Shown: in pieces, positions 1 to 8,566 of the stretch | How positions within the stretch are numbered: position 1 is the stretch's first letter | How the letters are laid out: each line of letters opens with the position of its first letter | Made by a program: the position numbers and the translations under genes | DNA from: a virus | IMG/VR virus record: IMGVR_UViG_3300034198_004780 | Span: 1-64,000 of that record | Reading direction: 5' to 3' (one strand) | DNA length: 64,000 nucleotides | Notes under the pieces: model-generated | What the model was told of the DNA's origin: nothing | Databases searched by the model: none | Seen by the model: only the letters and a program-made list of their open reading frames with translations

Positions 1-860
1 ATGTAGAAGACACGACGTTCTGGTGCTCGCTGTACACGATAGATGATGATAGCATCTTCCAGCAGTTCTTTCTGCTTGTAGACCTTGAAAATGCTTTCTA
101 ACAGGCTGTTTCCAAAGGGAAAGTTGTTGTCCAGGCCTTCACTCATAGAAAGGTGAATGACATGTTTAGCGTCAATTGCATATTGATTTTGATTCATTTG
201 GAATCGACCACCAGCAGTTTGCGGAACTGATCCTACCATGCCGCGTTGTTGGGCGCCGGCAGTCATGTAGCTTGTTCCACCTGATGCGCCTGTTACGTTA
301 CTGGGGTTGATCTGTGTTACTGTTAGATTTTGTAGATTGATGTTTAAGTCACGGATAATGTATTGTTCTGGTAATTTACCGTCTGATTCGTTTACAATGA
401 TTTTATCAATCTTTGCCGGATCTAGATACATCCATGCCTGTGTTTCTGGATCACGGATAAAGAAACAATCGCCATATTTGAAACTGTTGCGAACAATTTT
501 AAAAATTCTGTTGCTAAATTTATTCAGTTTGGTCCACTGTTGAAGATACTTTCCCAGTACCTTAACTTCTGTTTGAGTTGCTCCTTCTTTAAATTTAAGG
601 GCAAATGGAGTTCCATTTTCTTCGTTTGACTGTGAGCAAAATTCAGCTAGTATGTCTAAGGCAGCGTTGACTTCGGAGTCAGTGTCCATTGTGTCATATT
701 GCTGATAGCGTTCTAGACGATTTGGGTGTCCTGAATAAACATCAGGCAGATATGAGGAATAGTTAGTACGTGTTGGATTAGCACGACTACTTGTGCTGCC
801 AACAGGACTCATAGTACCTTGGGTATTAACGGGAGTAAAGTACTTGCGCCATCCAGCCAT
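1..860 (-). CDS. Portal protein, T4 gp20-like (3' part outside the window; absent from the ORF track)
   Basis: Manual translation from ATG at 860: MAGWRKYFTPV...RLERYQQYDTMDTDSEVNAALDILAEF...VYKQKELLEDAIIIYRVQRAPERRVFY. The EDA.IIYR..RAPERRVFY motif is typical of gp20. Confidence 0.93.
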   Translation of the reverse strand, partial: MAGWRKYFTPVNTQGTMSPVGSTSSRANPTRTNYSSYLPDVYSGHPNRLERYQQYDTMDTDSEVNAALDILAEFCSQSNEENGTPFALKFKEGATQTEVKVLGKYLQQWTKLNKFSNRIFKIVRNSFKYGDCFFIRDPETQAWMYLDPAKIDKIIVNESDGKLPEQYIIRDLNINLQNLTVTQINPSNVTGASGGTSYMTAGAQQRGMVGSVPQTAGGRFQMNQNQYAIDAKHVIHLSMSEGLDNNFPFGNSLLESIFKVYKQKELLEDAIIIYRVQRAPERRVFY

Positions 861-874
861 TTTATTATGTGTCC

Positions 875-3280
875 TTATCTTCTTGGTCCAAAACTTCCGC
901 CCACACCATTAATTGCTTTAACTGTATCTTCAGCAGCCTCAGCGGTGCGGGTATTAATTCTTATCAATCTTTCTATGCTGTTATTTAATAAAACAGCGTC
1001 ACTGGGCTTAGAATCCTGGCTTGTAGACGCCGCAGGCGCACTCGGAGCAGACGGAGTTGCGTCAGGCGTACTGCTTTTTTCTGTTTTTTTAGCATCAGCG
1101 GCTTGCTGTTGACGCTGTTCATCTTCACGCTTTTTAGCCGCATCTGCTTTGAACTTTTCAGCCTGCTGTTTAAGTCCAGTATCGTTTTTAAGACTGTTAA
1201 CTTGATCTTTTAGGTTTGCAGGAACATCACGGTCAGTAGCCTGCTGTGTCATTATACGATAGGCTAAATCGCTGGCTGCTTTAAAATTATCTGTTCCATT
1301 AGAGGTCACTGGCTGTCCGTCAGCTCCAACTTTGGCTGCTTTGGCATTATTTGTACCTAGAGGAGTTTCCGGAGTTTCACCTACACCCCCACTTAAATCA
1401 ACTTCGCCAGTTTGTGATACTCCCTCAACTGATCCGCCAGATTCTTTAGATGATGCTTCACCTTCAAATATGCCAAATGTTATTTTATGCATTAGTGCTT
1501 TAAACAATGCTCCGAATAAACTACTTAAACCATCAAGCAGTACAGGCTTTATGTTGTTCCACATTTCTAAAATTACAGGTTTCATCCATGTCCAAACTTT
1601 ACTAAGAGTATTTTTTACCTCTGCCCAAAATTCGTCAACGTTTTTAATCTTGGCAAAGCGGCCAATGGTTTCACTTATCCATCCAACTAATTGTGTGCCT
1701 ATCTTAACCAAAATATCAGTAAATGGTTTAATTTTTTCTATAAAATCGTCGCCGCCTACTAAGAAAGAATCAATTAATTTCATAACAGGACCAATTAGTG
1801 GCGCCAATAGACTACTGATTAGGTCGTCTATTTTTTTACCAAAGTTTTTAAGTTGCTGTTGACGACCAGCAATATCAGCTGCTTCTCCGTCTTTGGCTTT
1901 GGCTTCTTTACCACGAAGTTCCACCATTATCTTTTGATACTCTTCAAAGTTTTTAGCTTCTTTGAATCTATTTGCGTAGGCCGTAGCTTCGGCACTGGTA
2001 ATTTGTTTACCTTGAGAAGCAGCCAGTTGCGCAATGTCCCCTAATGACTCACCGGTTGCTCTAGTGTTTTGAATCATTTTCCAGTTTGCGCCATCCTGCT
2101 GTTTCAAGTATTGTGCATCAGACATGTCTTTAGTTCTAACATATTTGTTCATGTTGGCAAAATATTCATCGGAAGCACCTTGCGTAGTCAACGCAATTCG
2201 CATGCCAGCTTCATTAATAGGAGTTGTAATACCTGTTCTGATAGCAAACTTTGCCTGTTCAGCTCCGTCTTTACCAAATTTAGCCATTGCATCTGCTACT
2301 CCTGCGGTAGCTCGCTTGGCTTCTTCGGGATCAAGGCCTGCTAGAAAGGCCTGGAAGTTAGCTTCTTCTGTTGCCGCTTTAAGTTCGGCTTCTATTGTTG
2401 CTCGCTGCTTGCCGGTAATTTCGCTCAGCTGAGTTAACTGTGATGCTAGTTCTGCGGCTCCTGCGGCCATTACTTTACTGTCTTGCAATCCTGATTTACC
2501 AACGGATCCTTGTGTTCTCATAAACAGCATCATGCTGTCTGCCATTTGCTCGCCGTTAAGTCCTAACCCGCGCATAATCTTGCCAGCATCGCTGTTGACA
2601 TCATTGAGCTCTCTCATGCCTTTACCAAATACTCTCATGCCAGCATCTGTAGACCCTAGTCCCATGGACAATGTATCTCCATTTTTAGCAACTACTCTAG
2701 CAAACTCGTCCATGTTTAACCCGGTAGAGTTGATAAATCCTCGTAGTTCAGTAAGGCTTGATCCAACACCGGCTCCAACAGAACTGATTGTGCGATATAC
2801 TTCCAAATTTTCTTCTTGTCGTACTACTGATAATTTGAATATGTCAAACAACATTCCAAGTGCACCACCTACTAGTGGAACTTGTTTTGCCAGCTCTCCC
2901 ATGACTCCTACGAGATCAGATACCTTCATGTTGCCTTTGCTGACATTAACAGCAAATTCACCAAGTATGCTAGCAACGTTGCCTATCTTGCTAAACAGTC
3001 CAGATATCATTGAGCCCAGCATATTAAAAACTTTACCAGCAGCTTCAACCGCAACAGTTAGTACCGTAAAGGCAGCGCCGGCTTTGCCTAATTGAGGAAT
3101 TACCTTTGACATGCCAGCTGACATGTCATTGATAGATTTAGACGCATTAGCTGCGCCGGCAGCTCCCGAAGGTGCTCCGCTTTTTCCAAGAACAGCAGAC
3201 AGCTTTAGTAATGAAGCGTTCATTGCTTTGGCTTCGTTTAGAAGTTCTTGTAGGGTCGTTTCTGAAGCGTAGTCTGCCAT
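875..3280 (-). CDS. Tail tape measure protein (gp29-like)
   Basis: 801 aa, Ala/Gly-rich helical sequence with hydrophobic stretches and W/F periodicity (VWTWMKPVILEMWNNIKP). Late promoter upstream; neighbours the hub chaperone gene. Confidence 0.75.
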   Translation of the reverse strand: MADYASETTLQELLNEAKAMNASLLKLSAVLGKSGAPSGAAGAANASKSINDMSAGMSKVIPQLGKAGAAFTVLTVAVEAAGKVFNMLGSMISGLFSKIGNVASILGEFAVNVSKGNMKVSDLVGVMGELAKQVPLVGGALGMLFDIFKLSVVRQEENLEVYRTISSVGAGVGSSLTELRGFINSTGLNMDEFARVVAKNGDTLSMGLGSTDAGMRVFGKGMRELNDVNSDAGKIMRGLGLNGEQMADSMMLFMRTQGSVGKSGLQDSKVMAAGAAELASQLTQLSEITGKQRATIEAELKAATEEANFQAFLAGLDPEEAKRATAGVADAMAKFGKDGAEQAKFAIRTGITTPINEAGMRIALTTQGASDEYFANMNKYVRTKDMSDAQYLKQQDGANWKMIQNTRATGESLGDIAQLAASQGKQITSAEATAYANRFKEAKNFEEYQKIMVELRGKEAKAKDGEAADIAGRQQQLKNFGKKIDDLISSLLAPLIGPVMKLIDSFLVGGDDFIEKIKPFTDILVKIGTQLVGWISETIGRFAKIKNVDEFWAEVKNTLSKVWTWMKPVILEMWNNIKPVLLDGLSSLFGALFKALMHKITFGIFEGEASSKESGGSVEGVSQTGEVDLSGGVGETPETPLGTNNAKAAKVGADGQPVTSNGTDNFKAASDLAYRIMTQQATDRDVPANLKDQVNSLKNDTGLKQQAEKFKADAAKKREDEQRQQQAADAKKTEKSSTPDATPSAPSAPAASTSQDSKPSDAVLLNNSIERLIRINTRTAEAAEDTVKAINGVGGSFGPRR

Positions 3281-3309
3281 GTGTTTTTTAAGGGTGAGTT
3301 ATCTTGGTA

Positions 3310-3348
3310 TATAAATAAAGATGTGACATCACATCAAGTTTATTTATA
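3310..3348. promoter_or_regulatory. Pair of T4-type late promoters (TATAAATA on + at 3310-3317 and on - at 3348-3341) with an intervening palindrome
   Basis: Exact T4 late consensus on both strands between divergent structural genes. GATGTGA-CA-TCACATC at 3320-3335. Confidence 0.8.
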
Positions 3349-3360
3349 GGAATTTAAACC

Positions 3361-4227
3361 ATGGCAAAAACAGCAATTAATCAAAACAATCCGTTGACAA
3401 AGTTTATGCGTCAACCAAAAATTTATATATCATTACCAAGCCAAGGGCAATACTGGCCAGCCAACGCCCTGGAAATTCCCGAAAACGGACAATTCCCAGT
3501 GTATTCAATGACTGCCAAGGATGAAATTCTATTTAAAACTCCGGACGCATTGATGAACGGACAGGCAGTTGTAGATGTAATTCAGAGCTGTGTTCCTAAT
3601 ATTAAAAATGCGTGGGCATGTCCAAGTATTGATTTAGACATGTTGTTAATTGCCATTCGTATTGCCACGTATGGCGACAAGATGAGCATAACATATAATA
3701 TTCCTGTTATCAACGAAGAATCAGACTACGAAGTCGATCTACATCGTTTCATCGATCATGCCAACTCTATTCAATGGGTTGAGCAGGTACCTATCGACGA
3801 GGACATGATTATATTTGTCAAACCCTTAAACTACAAACACATGAGTACTATTAGCCAACGTGGGTTTGAAACTAGTAAGATCATGCAGATTGCCAACGAC
3901 GACAAATTATCTGAAAATCAAAAAGCTGATATGATTCGAGCCAGTTTTAACGCACTAACCGATTTGACTACAGACATGATGGTTGGATCAATATTTAAAA
4001 TTAAAACAATCGAAGGTGATGTTACTGAAACTCGGTTTATCAAAGAGTTTATTGAAAATGCTGACCGTATTGTTGTAGATACTATTCAGAAACACATCAA
4101 TGATTTAAAAGTTCAAAACGATATTAAACCTGTGGTGTTTACCACTACTCTGGAACAACAAGAAGCAGGTGCTCCAGAAACATTTGAAGTGCCAATTAAC
4201 TTTGATAATTCTAATTTTTTCGGATAA
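3361..4227 (+). CDS. Baseplate hub assembly chaperone, T4 gp26-like
   Basis: P.IYISLPSQG, MTAKDE.L, IDLD.LLIAIRIATYG motifs resemble the gp26 family. Ends ...NSNFFG. Confidence 0.8.
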   Translation: MAKTAINQNNPLTKFMRQPKIYISLPSQGQYWPANALEIPENGQFPVYSMTAKDEILFKTPDALMNGQAVVDVIQSCVPNIKNAWACPSIDLDMLLIAIRIATYGDKMSITYNIPVINEESDYEVDLHRFIDHANSIQWVEQVPIDEDMIIFVKPLNYKHMSTISQRGFETSKIMQIANDDKLSENQKADMIRASFNALTDLTTDMMVGSIFKIKTIEGDVTETRFIKEFIENADRIVVDTIQKHINDLKVQNDIKPVVFTTTLEQQEAGAPETFEVPINFDNSNFFG

Positions 4228-4451
4228 GGCTTTTACTGCTAGACAGTGAAGGCATAACAAAATACATCCAGGAATTGGATGATGGAGTAAAAGCCTTAAA
4301 AGAAGAACTTTTTAGATTATGCTGGTTTATGAGAGGCGGTGTGACTCTTGAAGAAGCCTACCATATTGATGTTGCTGACCGTCAAATTATTAATAATATT
4401 ATCAAAGACAATTTGGAAACAACAAAAGAAAGCGGACTGCCTTTCTTTTAA
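4221..4451 (+). CDS. gp51-like ORF in the -1 frame, probably expressed as a frameshifted C-terminal extension of gp26
   Basis: Open frame RIRLLLLDSEGITKYIQELDDGVKALKEELFRLCWFMRGGVTLEEAYHIDVADRQIINNIIKDNLETTKESGLPFF* with no well-placed start. Preceded by T TTT TTC and a hairpin. Confidence 0.7.
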   Translation, partial: RIRLLLLDSEGITKYIQELDDGVKALKEELFRLCWFMRGGVTLEEAYHIDVADRQIINNIIKDNLETTKESGLPFF

Positions 4452-5131
4452 ATATCTATCTTTAAAAAACGACTTTCAAATTTGTAGGACTCAGCAATAC
4501 CAACTGCTTTTTCTAACGCACTAACACGCCCAACTAGTTGACTAATTTGATTGCCTCCAGGGGCGCCGCCTGCTGCACCTCCTTGCGCTACACCTGCTGA
4601 ACCACTTGCGGCCTGAGGGCCACCCACAGCAGCTTTTCCAGCTTGATAGCCTTGTTTCATTTTACCTAGTGCACCTCTAATACCGCCACCCACTGCACCA
4701 ATAGCTTTACTAACACCACCAACTGTATTTGCTAAACCAGTAACAGCACCGTTGACGCCTGCTGGTTGAGTTTGTTGTGTAGTATCAGCGGAAGCCGCAG
4801 TAGCAGGTGCGGCTTGTTGTGCTTGATCAGTTGGAACAGTTTGTGGTTGATTAGGATTAGTTGCAGCTGCTTTGTGTACCTGTCCAGCATTAGTTGGAGT
4901 AGTTGTTCCACCTGTACTACTTGGTGTAGTTGCAGGAGTAGTTACTGGAGCAGAACCGGTTACTTGATTTGCCATAGCAGCCATAGAATTGTTACCGGCT
5001 TTTTTTGCTGCATATGCTTGTGCACCTGCTTGCTTTCTAGCTAGCTCTTGAGCTTTATATTGATCAGGAGTTAATCCTGTAGAATCTAATTTTTCTTCTA
5101 TACTTTGTTCAAATAGCTGTGCAATTTTCAT
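4448..5131 (-). CDS. Low-complexity late protein, possible internal head protein
   Basis: Ala/Gly/Thr/Gln-rich. N-terminus MKIAQLFEQSIEE resembles T4 capsid-targeting leaders. TATAAATA on - at 5167-5160. Confidence 0.5.
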   Translation of the reverse strand: MKIAQLFEQSIEEKLDSTGLTPDQYKAQELARKQAGAQAYAAKKAGNNSMAAMANQVTGSAPVTTPATTPSSTGGTTTPTNAGQVHKAAATNPNQPQTVPTDQAQQAAPATAASADTTQQTQPAGVNGAVTGLANTVGGVSKAIGAVGGGIRGALGKMKQGYQAGKAAVGGPQAASGSAGVAQGGAAGGAPGGNQISQLVGRVSALEKAVGIAESYKFESRFLKIDI

Positions 5132-5172
5132 TTTACTCTAATCCTTAATGATTGTATTCTATTTATATGTTT

Positions 5173-5638
5173 AAATGAGCTAAAGCTCATTTGCGTTATC
5201 GCTATCGCTCAACGCATTTTACTTCAAAACAACATTCTAAGAAGATATATGAAACTACAAAGTAGTTTAAACTTTATGTAGATTGTTTGGTCAGACGGAA
5301 CCATTTTATAGGTTCCGTCTTCTTTATGTGAGTTATCTCAGCCAAGACTTTGGGAAGTAGGTATTTTATTATACACCGTATATGCTAAAGGACTCTGTGC
5401 TTTTCCTTCCTACCACGATACGCTTTGTGCGCTCTAGACCTCGTTCCTAGTGTCTAGATGTTTATAGCACGGTGTTTTCATATGCTAACAATTCATATTA
5501 TACCAATACTTAACTCACTTCCGATTTTTCAGGATACTAGGATCTACCTAGGGGAGTGTCTTGATATGTTACGTGTCCGGTTATTCTCCGGTTTTTCCAC
5601 AGCGGTATTACGACCGGCCCGCTAACCTTATGTGTTAG
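5173..5638. ncRNA. Large structured non-coding element (putative ncRNA or origin RNA)
   Basis: ORF-free stretch with at least 8 local hairpins plus nested long-range helices (5328-5335/5511-5518, 5373-5378/5470-5475, 5383-5387/5465-5469). Confidence 0.6.
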
Positions 5639-5639
5639 T

Positions 5640-5909
5640 TTAAAGTGCTTCTTTAGGAAGCCACTTAAGGAATTTATTATTACAAGTTTTACAGATGAGT
5701 TTGCCTGAATGGGGGCCTGAGGATAATTGAATACGATCTAAATCGTGAGTTTGGTGTATGCCTAAAAATTGTTTTTCTTTTTCTGCGTTTGCTTTTTTGT
5801 GTGCCTGTTCTATATGCCATGCCTTATCAAAACCTGTTTTTGGGTTAGTATAGTATTCAGAATTTAAAACACTAGATGTTGGGTGTCTTTCCCAATTTAT
5901 TTTTGTCAT
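5640..5909 (-). CDS. Small hypothetical protein with C-terminal Zn-ribbon-like motif
   Basis: GPHSGKLICKTCNNKFLKWL. ATGA overlap with the upstream gene. Confidence 0.6.
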   Translation of the reverse strand: MTKINWERHPTSSVLNSEYYTNPKTGFDKAWHIEQAHKKANAEKEKQFLGIHQTHDLDRIQLSSGPHSGKLICKTCNNKFLKWLPKEAL

Positions 5910-6334
5910 AGTTTATCTTTAATATGATTCTTGTGTACTCTTACTTGTACATGTCCATTGTAGTAGTCATCTGATTCTAGTACTTTTCGGTCGAATTGTT
6001 CGCGGGCCTCAACGTATGACGTTGCTGATTTTGATTTACAGTAGTAAAGAATCTCACGGGTGAACTTGTCTGTGCCTAATATGTCTATGTCTGCTTGTAA
6101 GTTTGGACTAGAACCCCAGTACTCTTGCCAATCGCTTTCTACTTTGCCTCTGATTTTCTTGCGCTTTTTCTTGCCGTTCTTTAACTTCACAGTCTTGTAG
6201 GTCGTCTTTGAAAACTTTGCTAATTTTTTGCCTATATACTTCCTGCCTGACTCTGTGTTGGTTATAATGTAAACATAGCCAACACAGTCTTCAGGTAATT
6301 CTGTTACCACGATGCCTTGATACGACCAAGTCAT
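5906..6334 (-). CDS. GIY-YIG endonuclease, T4 endonuclease II (DenA)-like
   Basis: GYVYIITN..SGRKYIGKK, ESDWQEYWGSS, F.REIL..C and YYNG motifs. Confidence 0.8.
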   Translation of the reverse strand: MTWSYQGIVVTELPEDCVGYVYIITNTESGRKYIGKKLAKFSKTTYKTVKLKNGKKKRKKIRGKVESDWQEYWGSSPNLQADIDILGTDKFTREILYYCKSKSATSYVEAREQFDRKVLESDDYYNGHVQVRVHKNHIKDKL

Positions 6335-6525
6335 TAAGCTGCTTTGGCTTCCTTGCGGGCATTCTTCTCAGCAGTGATTTCATTGCGGCGAGCTTTAACC
6401 AACTTGCCTAGTTCTGCCAATGCCTTACGAGCACGAGTGCCAGCAGCTGAGTTGCCTGCTGTAAATTTTGTATCTTCAGCGATAAACGCTGCCACTGCTT
6501 CATTGATTGCTTGAGTAGTACTCAT
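6334..6525 (-). CDS. Histone H1-like (Hc1-type) DNA-binding protein
   Basis: GNSAAGTRARKAL.ELGKL.KARR.EI is the Hc1 N-terminal signature. Likely start is the ATG at 6525, not the track's 6564. Confidence 0.75.
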   Translation of the reverse strand: MSTTQAINEAVAAFIAEDTKFTAGNSAAGTRARKALAELGKLVKARRNEITAEKNARKEAKAA

Positions 6526-6773
6526 TCTTTGGTTTCCTTTTTTCCTGGGTGTGCGGCACGCCACTCGACGCTTCGCTCTTTCATTCTCAACTGTGCAATT
6601 TCTTCCATGGCTTTTATGGTCAATCGCATTTCTTTATAAACTTTTCTAAGATCCATTGTTCGTTGAGGACTTTGACGATCCAACCATTTCTCGTGGAGTT
6701 TATAATACTGAGTTACTTTTTCAATAAATTGATCATGTGCTTCAGTATACTTGTTTATAAGATCCGACATCAA
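6522..6773 (-). CDS. Hypothetical protein, possible diverged Hc1 paralog
   Basis: 83 aa, helical, coupled to both neighbours. RK...E....IKA pattern shared with the Hc1 gene. Confidence 0.55.
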   Translation of the reverse strand: MMSDLINKYTEAHDQFIEKVTQYYKLHEKWLDRQSPQRTMDLRKVYKEMRLTIKAMEEIAQLRMKERSVEWRAAHPGKKETKE

Positions 6774-8560
6774 GCCTCTACGTATTCTGGATTTGTATCG
6801 TAGCTGGTAAAACCGTTTTCCTTAACAACACGTAGTACAGTATTAACTCGCCCAATCAACTCATCTTTATGCGAGATTAAGAAAATATTCTTATTGCGCT
6901 CACGTGCCATCTTCTTGAGAACTGACAACCCAGCTTCGACGCCTGCAGCATCCATGCCTGCATCAATAAGCTCGTCAACAAACAACAGATTGATGTGCTG
7001 ATACAAGTTTTCCCAAACATCACGGAAGGCAAAACTCAAAGACAAAATCAATCGATTACGTTCACCGCGTGATAAATTATCAAAGTCCAAATCCTGTCCT
7101 AACTGTGTGATCTCAACATTAAGATCGTTTAAGAATGTCACACGATGCGGCAAGCCCATCTTGTCAATATAATAGCTCAAACGTTTGTTTAGGTAGCTCA
7201 AGTTTTGATCAATAATCTTCTTACGGATAAACGAATCCTTGTTTGTCAACAACTTATACAAGAACTCTTGGTGCTCTTTGACTTTAGTTAGATCATTTAC
7301 TGCGTCCCAAGTAATTTCCTGTAGAGCAGTATGCTTGAGTTCTTCGATCTGTTCATTGTAGGGATTGGCTTCGTTGAACTTGTGCTCAAGACTCTGTTCC
7401 AAGCTGGCAAGATTGTTCTTGTGACCCAATGCTTCTGCCTCAGAGTCATAGAATGTAGTTGGAGGACGGGGCAAGTCGCCCAACTCTAACAGGCCGGTCT
7501 GAACTAGATCTAAATCATTCTTGACCTTATCATAATACGCACCAGCTTCTTCGCGATGCTTATTGGCTTCGACTATTAGTTCGGTGTGCTTGTGATCGTG
7601 TAGCTCTTGCTCGCAAGCGTGACATTTCTTATTTGCTAGACTTTCTAGGTCTTTTCTATACTTGGTCACTGACTTTTCCGCCTGTCCCAACGCAGATTCT
7701 AGCGTAGCACGTTGTTTGTTAAGTTCTTTGATAGTGCTGTTATTGACGTTCCATAGCTTTAGAGCCGCATGATCGGCAAGCTCTGCTTCGATATCCACAT
7801 CACTCAACTGCATAATGCTCTTGCCCAATTTTTCTAAATCATGTTCCTTTTTAGTCTCCCAAGCAGAGCTTTTAATACCTAGACTGTCAATGCTCTTCTG
7901 CACATTTTCGTTGGCAGTCTTGATACCTGCTATCTTAAATTCTTCAGCTTGTATATTGTCTTTGACAGTTTTTATCATAACTTTGAGATTTTCTGCTTTT
8001 TCTGACAATACTGTAATGCCTAACAACTGTTCAATGACCTCACGCTGATCAGCTGCCTTCATTGATAGAAACGGTTCAGTGTAGGTGTTCAAAGCTACTA
8101 GATGCTTGAACATGGTATGACTCATACCCAACAACTGTTCTATGTGTTTCTGTGTCTCACGACTGTCGCCTTGAGCATCATCTTCTTTTTCATCTGCGGC
8201 CTTTTGTTCTTCGTTATTGACATATAGACGCAATAGGTTAGGTTTTCGACCACGCTCAATACGATAGTCAACACCTCCTACTTCAAACTCTACTGTGACT
8301 AACATGGCCTTGGCATTTGTTTTGTTAATCAAGTTCTCTTTGCGGATATTTGTAAGAGCATTACCATACAATGCGTAACTTAGGGCATTGATCATGGTAG
8401 TCTTACCTGTGCCGTTGCGTGATCCGCTGTCGTCACCGCCTAGGTCTAAGTTCTCACCTAAGACTAAAGTCAAGTGCTCTTTGTCGAAGTCTACTGCCTG
8501 TGTTTGATTTCCTACTGACAGGAAATTTTTAACAGTTATATTGCGGATTTTAAATGACAT
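6770..8560 (-). CDS. Recombination nuclease ATPase subunit, gp46/Rad50/SbcC
   Basis: Walker A NGTGKTT, coiled coil with CHAC zinc hook, signature LSRGE, Walker B LFVDE, ISH. Confidence 0.95.
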   Translation of the reverse strand: MSFKIRNITVKNFLSVGNQTQAVDFDKEHLTLVLGENLDLGGDDSGSRNGTGKTTMINALSYALYGNALTNIRKENLINKTNAKAMLVTVEFEVGGVDYRIERGRKPNLLRLYVNNEEQKAADEKEDDAQGDSRETQKHIEQLLGMSHTMFKHLVALNTYTEPFLSMKAADQREVIEQLLGITVLSEKAENLKVMIKTVKDNIQAEEFKIAGIKTANENVQKSIDSLGIKSSAWETKKEHDLEKLGKSIMQLSDVDIEAELADHAALKLWNVNNSTIKELNKQRATLESALGQAEKSVTKYRKDLESLANKKCHACEQELHDHKHTELIVEANKHREEAGAYYDKVKNDLDLVQTGLLELGDLPRPPTTFYDSEAEALGHKNNLASLEQSLEHKFNEANPYNEQIEELKHTALQEITWDAVNDLTKVKEHQEFLYKLLTNKDSFIRKKIIDQNLSYLNKRLSYYIDKMGLPHRVTFLNDLNVEITQLGQDLDFDNLSRGERNRLILSLSFAFRDVWENLYQHINLLFVDELIDAGMDAAGVEAGLSVLKKMARERNKNIFLISHKDELIGRVNTVLRVVKENGFTSYDTNPEYVEA

Positions 8561-8566
8561 AGGTTC

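Noticed and set aside
307-3095. Numerous + strand ORFs of 60-190 aa, with similar antisense ORFs throughout the window
   Set aside because: They are shadows of long, motif-bearing genes on the opposite strand and have no RBS or recognisable motifs.
5173-5638. Structured region as tmRNA, RNase P, group I/II intron, retron or tRNA cluster
   Set aside because: No diagnostic motifs found by eye (tRNA-like ends, GAGGAAAGUCC, flanking split exons), and no reverse transcriptase in the window.
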